64,000 nucleotides of DNA from an uncultured virus (IMG/VR IMGVR_UViG_3300010282_000326) (Duplodnaviria > Heunggongvirae > Uroviricota > Caudoviricetes), in IMG/VR virus record IMGVR_UViG_3300010282_000326; one strand, 5' to 3'. The first letter of the stretch is position 1; every line of letters begins with the position of its first letter. Of the stretch, positions 58,840-64,000 are shown in pieces. A model generated the notes under the pieces. That model searched no databases and was not told the origin of the DNA. It saw only the letters and a program-made list of their open reading frames with translations. The position numbers and the translations under genes were made by a program.

Positions 58840-59229
58840 ATGTTTTATTTAAGTAGCCAACATCCAAATAATTATTGGGGTGTTACAGACACAAGAGATT
58901 GTGTTGAGGAAATATACTCATTTGAGCAGTTAAAGGAATATCGTAATAGTGGTATAAAAATAAAGGGACTTTTTAATACTGAAGTTTGGGCTATTTCATT
59001 TTTAAGACCAAGAAAACAAATGCCAGATTACAAAAAGAAATTTGAAAAGGCTAGACTTGAGCTGGAGGATTTATTAAAAAGATGTAAAAATTATTATGAT
59101 TTGATTGATTTTATAGATGAGAATAAAGATAAAGAGACTGATGAGTATCAAATTTATTATGGAAATTATCTTGGTTTTGAATTAGATACTCATTCAAATC
59201 ATATTAGTTGGTTTATAAAGGAGGGTTGA
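58840..59229 (+). CDS. Hypothetical protein with N-terminal DTxD module
   Basis: MFYLSS...WGVTDTRDCVEEIYS...GIKIKGL; SD ggagg. Confidence 0.8.
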   Translation: MFYLSSQHPNNYWGVTDTRDCVEEIYSFEQLKEYRNSGIKIKGLFNTEVWAISFLRPRKQMPDYKKKFEKARLELEDLLKRCKNYYDLIDFIDENKDKETDEYQIYYGNYLGFELDTHSNHISWFIKEG

Positions 59230-59231
59230 GT

Positions 59232-59450
59232 ATGAATGATTTTGATAAGAGTGTTATTGTAGCTTATCAAAATGGTAGACCTATTGGGTTTATTAAAAGT
59301 GTTTCTTATAAGAGTCAGTCTTTTGTATTAACTCAGAACAAGGTTGAAGCTAAGAAGTATGTTTCTGTTGATAGAATACATAAAGAAATTGATGATTTAA
59401 CTATTATGCCTATGGCTTTACAAAATGGAATTGTATTTATGTATAATTAA
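59232..59450 (+). CDS. Hypothetical protein
   Basis: SD aggagg before ATG 59232. Confidence 0.7.
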   Translation: MNDFDKSVIVAYQNGRPIGFIKSVSYKSQSFVLTQNKVEAKKYVSVDRIHKEIDDLTIMPMALQNGIVFMYN

Positions 59451-59464
59451 TATTGCAGAAATGC

Positions 59465-59493
59465 TTGACTTTTGTTGAGATTTGTGCTATAAT
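59465..59493 (+). promoter_or_regulatory. Sigma-A-type promoter upstream of clpX
   Basis: TTGACT-17 bp-TATAAT with TG extension. Confidence 0.8.
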
Positions 59494-59516
59494 ATTTGTA
59501 AAGTTTATAGGAGGTT

Positions 59517-60782
59517 TTGCCTATGTGTGTAATGTGTGGAAAATCATACGATAAGGAATATCCTTTATTTTTAAGTAATGGTATTTCCTTATCTTTTTGT
59601 CAGAATTGCCTTGAGTCTATGCTTTCGGAACTAAAGGCTCAAAATGCAAAACAGACAAAGCAATCTTCACCTCAAAGTGAGGTTGCTTATATGCTTAGTA
59701 GGATGTTTGGTATTCCTATTGTTGACGATGATTTAGATGATGATTCTATCATTTCAGATGAAGAAAAGTCTGACGAAATAAAAAATCTAACTCCAAGAGA
59801 ACTTATGACTGAACTTAACAGATATGTTATCGGTCAGGATAAGGCTAAAAAGACTCTTGCAGTTGCCATTTATAATCATTGTAAGCGAATGGAAAGTGGT
59901 AGAACAGATATTGAGAAAAGTAATATAATGCTTATAGGTTCAACAGGGGTAGGTAAGACTGAACTTGCTAGAACTATAGCCAAGATTATGAATGTTCCAT
60001 TTGCTATCGCAGATTCAACTGGTATTACTGAAGCTGGTTATGTTGGTGGCAATGTTGAAGATATTGTAATGAACCTTGTAAATGCTTGTAATGGAGATAT
60101 TGAAAGAGCAGAAAGGGGTATCATTTACATAGATGAGATTGATAAACTTGCTTCTTACAATGACGGGCATAAAGATGTAAGTGGTGAGGGTGTTCAGCAA
60201 GCCTTACTTAAAATTATTGAGGGTACTAAGTTAAATCTTTCAGGTGGGAATCCTCGTAAAGCACCTAAAGTTATAGATACAAGTAATATCTTATTTATTT
60301 GTGGTGGTGCTTTTGCAGGTCTAACAATGAAAGAAAAATCAACGAAACATGCTTTAGGTTTCAATAGTGTCGATGAAAAGGCTGAAGATGATAAAATTGA
60401 TACAAAAGCTCTTTCAAAGTTTGGTATGATACCAGAATTGCTTGGTAGATTTCCAATTAAAGTAAGGTTAGATGACCTTGAAATAAATGATTTGAAGCGT
60501 ATTTTGGTTGAACCAGAAAACTCTATCGTAAAGCAGTATAAAAACTTACTTAATATGGATGGGGTAGAGCTTGCCTTTGGTGATTCAGCCTTACAATATA
60601 TTGCTGAGAAAGCAAAAGAAAGCGGTAATGGTGCAAGAGGGCTTCGGTCAGTTATTGAAGATAGTATGACGGACTTGATGTTCGATTTACCAGATATGAA
60701 AGATGTTAAAAAGGTTACTATAGTTAAGCAAAAAGATGGCTTAGGTTACAGAGTAACAAGAACTAAGGAAGTTAATGCTTAA
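59517..60782 (+). CDS. clpX: ATP-dependent Clp protease ATPase subunit ClpX
   Basis: N-terminal CxxC..CxxC; YVIGQDKAK, KSNIMLIGSTGVGKT, EAGYVG, IDEIDK, DVSGEGVQQALLK, LGF loop, GARGLR. Confidence 0.95.
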   Translation: MPMCVMCGKSYDKEYPLFLSNGISLSFCQNCLESMLSELKAQNAKQTKQSSPQSEVAYMLSRMFGIPIVDDDLDDDSIISDEEKSDEIKNLTPRELMTELNRYVIGQDKAKKTLAVAIYNHCKRMESGRTDIEKSNIMLIGSTGVGKTELARTIAKIMNVPFAIADSTGITEAGYVGGNVEDIVMNLVNACNGDIERAERGIIYIDEIDKLASYNDGHKDVSGEGVQQALLKIIEGTKLNLSGGNPRKAPKVIDTSNILFICGGAFAGLTMKEKSTKHALGFNSVDEKAEDDKIDTKALSKFGMIPELLGRFPIKVRLDDLEINDLKRILVEPENSIVKQYKNLLNMDGVELAFGDSALQYIAEKAKESGNGARGLRSVIEDSMTDLMFDLPDMKDVKKVTIVKQKDGLGYRVTRTKEVNA

Positions 60783-60789
60783 TCTGAAC

Positions 60790-60826
60790 AATCAACAGTG
60801 GTTAGTTTCACTGTTGATTTTTTTTT
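60790..60826 (+). terminator. Intrinsic terminator
   Basis: aatcaacagtgg-ttagt-ttcactgttga followed by T9. Confidence 0.85.
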
Positions 60827-60845
60827 GTCATTTTAGGAGGTTTTT

Positions 60846-62234
60846 ATGAGCATAAGAAAATGGGGTGTACTTAAAGAGAATGGTAAGTTAGTTAATATAG
60901 ATAACCTTGACAAGTCATATAAAGGTAAGGTAATTTGCTATGATACAAATTGTCATTGTGATTTAATATTGAATATTGGGGAGAAAAAAGACCCATATTT
61001 TAGGCATCCAGCTAATATTGATTGTCAAGGTGGTTCTGCTGAGTCTATCTTACATAAATTAGCCAAAGATGTTATAGCTAACTCTATCAAACTTTATGTT
61101 CCAAGTTGTCAGTATGGTGCAACAACTGATAGATTAGTTAATGTTGACCAAGAATATTTGGTTGATGTAAAGTCTTGTGAAGTTTATATCGAAGCACCGC
61201 TTATAGAGGATAGTTCACTCAAGCCAGATGTAGTTTTAGAGACTTCAAGTGGTGAATTATTCTGTGTAGAAGTCTATGTTGCTCATAAAGTTCCAGAGTC
61301 AAAAATCAATAAGTATATGAATTTAAGTGGTAGTTTCCATGTTATAGAAATTGATTTGCGAGAGTATAAGGATATAGATAAATATTCTTACGAAGAGTTG
61401 GCAGATGCAATAACTATGAAAGCATCAAGAAAAATCATAGCTTCAAATAATCTTGCAGATGTGATAAAAAGAGTTAAAGATGCAGAATTTTATGCTACAG
61501 GTGATAAAGCTATTTGTCCTTGTCAAAATGCTGTAGTCAGTACAAAAGATTGTAGGTTCTGTGCATTTTATATAAACTCTTCAAGGGGTACTATGAAATG
61601 TCTTGGAAAAGGTTGTTACAGTAAGGCTTCTGATATCGAGAAGAATAGAAGTGCTGAAGAATTATATGATATTTATTGTGAGGGTGTTCCAGAGCCTATT
61701 GGAGAAATAGATTATAATGTAAATAAGACACCTTTTGGCTTATGTAAGAAATGTAATGAGCCTTTAGTTCTTGCGATGGGTTATGACGATGAGGATAATT
61801 ATAATAATATTATAGCAGGTCTTACAGTTATTCATAAAAAGACAAGTTCTGCATTTACATATTGTCCTAATTGTAATGAATATCATAAACTTGAATGTCC
61901 AGTATGTAAAAAGGAAAACAAGGCAAGACTAATAGGCTACGATATTAAAGTGAAGAAGAATAGAAAGAAAGGAAATGTTTACCTTTGTTGTGAAAACTAT
62001 AGAACTGCCGAAAGTTTTGCAAGACATGGTAGAGATTTAGAATATGCTCATAATTATTCATTATCTGTGTACACAAGTACCCCAATCAAGAATAATTATA
62101 CAGATGAAATTTTAGCTTGTGACCTTAATACTTTCTTAACAAAGCCAGAAAAGGCTGAAAAGATATTAAGTGAGGTTAGAGGCTTTAACGAAACAAAGGG
62201 GTACAAGTCAGAAACAGGAGTTTATCAAAGATAA
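60846..62234 (+). CDS. CoiA-like PD-(D/E)xK nuclease with C-terminal zinc ribbons
   Basis: PYFRH...ESILHKLAK; KPDVV...CVEVYVAH; multiple CxxC pairs. Confidence 0.75.
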   Translation: MSIRKWGVLKENGKLVNIDNLDKSYKGKVICYDTNCHCDLILNIGEKKDPYFRHPANIDCQGGSAESILHKLAKDVIANSIKLYVPSCQYGATTDRLVNVDQEYLVDVKSCEVYIEAPLIEDSSLKPDVVLETSSGELFCVEVYVAHKVPESKINKYMNLSGSFHVIEIDLREYKDIDKYSYEELADAITMKASRKIIASNNLADVIKRVKDAEFYATGDKAICPCQNAVVSTKDCRFCAFYINSSRGTMKCLGKGCYSKASDIEKNRSAEELYDIYCEGVPEPIGEIDYNVNKTPFGLCKKCNEPLVLAMGYDDEDNYNNIIAGLTVIHKKTSSAFTYCPNCNEYHKLECPVCKKENKARLIGYDIKVKKNRKKGNVYLCCENYRTAESFARHGRDLEYAHNYSLSVYTSTPIKNNYTDEILACDLNTFLTKPEKAEKILSEVRGFNETKGYKSETGVYQR

Positions 62235-62245
62235 GGGGGTAGTTT

Positions 62246-62983
62246 ATGCGTAGTGTATCGTTTTGTTTACCGTGTTATAATGAGGCTAGTCGAGGTGATT
62301 TTAATGCTCGATTAACTTTATTATATAATTATATAGTTGAAAATGTAGATGATTTTGAGTTGATTCTTATCAGTGATGGCAGTACTGATAATACAAAGGA
62401 TATTATTCTACAATTTAGAAAGACTCATGAGAATGTTGTAGCTAAGATTTCAGAGAAAAATTTTGGTAAAAGCTATACTTTGAGAAAGGCTATTTCTTAT
62501 GCAGAAAAGGAACTTTTCTTTTTCATGGATGCCGACCTTAGTACAGGTCTTAATTTTATTAAAGTATTTATAGAAAATTGTAAGCCAGATACTTGTGTTG
62601 TAGGCGATAGATTTATGAATAATTCTGTAGTACAAAGAAGTGATATTTTCAGAAAAGGTTTGTCTTTTTTTAGTAGATTTATTATAAAGAAGTTTTTTAA
62701 ACTTGATGTAAAAGATACACAATGTGGATTTAAATGCTTTAATACTGCTGATTTAAAGAAAATAAATCCTTACTTTGTAAGTAGTAAGTGGCTTTTAGAT
62801 ATAGAGATGTTAATTTATCTAAATGAATTAGGGATAGAAATCATTGATTATCCTATTGTTTGGAATTCAGATTTGAAACCTACTTTTAATTCATTACATG
62901 GTGCTTTAGTTTCAGGGTTAGAACTTTTAAGAATATTGGTGATAAAGAATGCAAAGATTAAAAGAATTAAAGAAGGAATTTAG
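62246..62983 (+). CDS. Family 2 glycosyltransferase (polyprenol-phosphate sugar synthase-like)
   Basis: LPCYNE, DGSTDNT, NFGK, FMDADLS, DTQCGFKCF, WLLDIE. Confidence 0.92.
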   Translation: MRSVSFCLPCYNEASRGDFNARLTLLYNYIVENVDDFELILISDGSTDNTKDIILQFRKTHENVVAKISEKNFGKSYTLRKAISYAEKELFFFMDADLSTGLNFIKVFIENCKPDTCVVGDRFMNNSVVQRSDIFRKGLSFFSRFIIKKFFKLDVKDTQCGFKCFNTADLKKINPYFVSSKWLLDIEMLIYLNELGIEIIDYPIVWNSDLKPTFNSLHGALVSGLELLRILVIKNAKIKRIKEGI

Positions 62984-64000
62984 TGGTTGGGATATTATAT
63001 TTTGCTATTTAATATTAGCTATATTAGCCTTATATAAAATGGATGGTTACAATAAGTATCTCAGCAGTGATTTACAGTTCGTATTTAACAGGTTATCTCA
63101 GATGAGGTCTTGTATAGCAGACGGAAAATACCCTTTCTTTTACTATCACGATTTATTTGAAACGGGGTATGGTTCATCATTCTTTTATGGTCAGTTAACT
63201 TTATTTCCTTTTTTACCTATAATAAACTATAAAGTTTTTACTATGATATACATTGTTACTGCTTTAACAGTTACTTATGTTGGTTTAAAGACTTTATATA
63301 AAAGATTTGCTTCAAATTATAAAGAGTTAGCAATAATAACTGTAATGTCAAGTTTTGGGCTTCATCTTTATTTTGATTATAACACATTGGCTTGTAATAT
63401 TTTAGCTATCGGAATGAGTTTATTTTTTATTGCTTTTATTGTTGATTTCTTTCGAGATGGTAAGAGTTTTTGTAAAGCTGTTATAATGTTTGGGTTAATT
63501 ATATACTCACATTTAATAACAGCACTAATAAGTTTCATAATTTGTGTTGTGGTATTTATCTATTATTTTGATAAAACCAGATTAAAAGAGTATATTAAGT
63601 TTGCTATATGTTGTTGCATAGTTTCTGCTTATTTTATATGTAATTTTTTATATCATTCAGTCACATTAGACAGTACACGGTTATCAAAAATTAATGAATC
63701 GACTAGTAATATTGAGACATTTTATATGTCAAATTATCTTTTTGAAACTAAAGTAGTTGACTTTTATAGTGGTAATATAGCAAATCAAAACTATTCATTT
63801 ATGAGTTTGATTATGTTCATTACTCTTATAGTTTGCTTTATAAAATATAATAGAAAGTATTGGAAACATTTAATTTGTTGCTTTATTTTATTATTTACTT
63901 GTACAGATTTTGGTTGGAAGTTTATACATCAGTTTTTTACAACTAGGATACAGTTCCCAACAAGGTATGATTTATTTATAGTTGTATTATTTATTGGTAT
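62949..64000 (+). CDS. Polytopic membrane protein, GT-C-like (PTPS-related/YfhO-like), runs off the window end
   Basis: Hand translation from ATG 62949: MQRLKELKKEFSGWDIIFCYLILAILALY...DLQFVFNRL...GKYPFFYY...GYGSSFFYG, followed by many TM helices. Confidence 0.65.
   Translation, partial: MQRLKELKKEFSGWDIIFCYLILAILALYKMDGYNKYLSSDLQFVFNRLSQMRSCIADGKYPFFYYHDLFETGYGSSFFYGQLTLFPFLPIINYKVFTMIYIVTALTVTYVGLKTLYKRFASNYKELAIITVMSSFGLHLYFDYNTLACNILAIGMSLFFIAFIVDFFRDGKSFCKAVIMFGLIIYSHLITALISFIICVVVFIYYFDKTRLKEYIKFAICCCIVSAYFICNFLYHSVTLDSTRLSKINESTSNIETFYMSNYLFETKVVDFYSGNIANQNYSFMSLIMFITLIVCFIKYNRKYWKHLICCFILLFTCTDFGWKFIHQFFTTRIQFPTRYDLFIVVLFIG

Noticed and set aside
4634..62722. Minus-strand ORFs in the track (e.g. 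4634-4861, 16160-16498, 19051-19398, 27280-27594, 47458-47712, 62450-62722) and short alternative-frame + ORFs
   Set aside because: All overlap well-supported + strand genes and lack recognisable motifs; treated as shadow ORFs.
1..64000. Alternative genetic code (TAG or TGA recoding)
   Set aside because: Recognisable genes are full length under code 11; TAG and TGA end genes at sensible positions, often overlapping the next start; no suppressor tRNA.

Overview
An AT-rich (roughly 30% GC by eye), gene-dense 64 kb segment. Essentially every real gene is on the + strand, with Bacillota-type Shine-Dalgarno sites, sigma-A-type promoters and many intrinsic terminators. The content mixes many orphans with divergent host-like genes: RuvC-like resolvase, truncated NAD+-type ligase, ParB-HNH, RNase H, HU, SSB, nrdD split by a group I intron carrying a GIY-YIG endonuclease, ThyX, guanylate kinase, SmpB, ClpX, HPr-like, GGDEF, sortase and signal peptidase. 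This fits a jumbo phage or other large extrachromosomal element of a Clostridia/Lachnospiraceae-like host. That identity is inference: no capsid, terminase, integrase or replicase is recognisable in this window. The most unusual observations are: (1) a ~45-aa DTxDxVxE...GxxIxG module shared by nine otherwise unrelated proteins; (2) a strongly over-represented, strand-polarised GGGGTA motif across the whole window; (3) an R-S-E ADP-ribosyltransferase gene coupled to a PARG-type macrodomain gene, with an ART-less paralog nearby; (4) a 1.6 kb non-coding operon holding two tRNAs, a tmRNA and about 1 kb of unexplained structured RNA, including a duplicated multi-stem motif and an anti-Shine-Dalgarno hairpin; (5) element-encoded tmRNA, SmpB and ClpX, plus a sortase/LAQTG surface-display module. 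All family assignments come from motif recognition by eye, not database searches.
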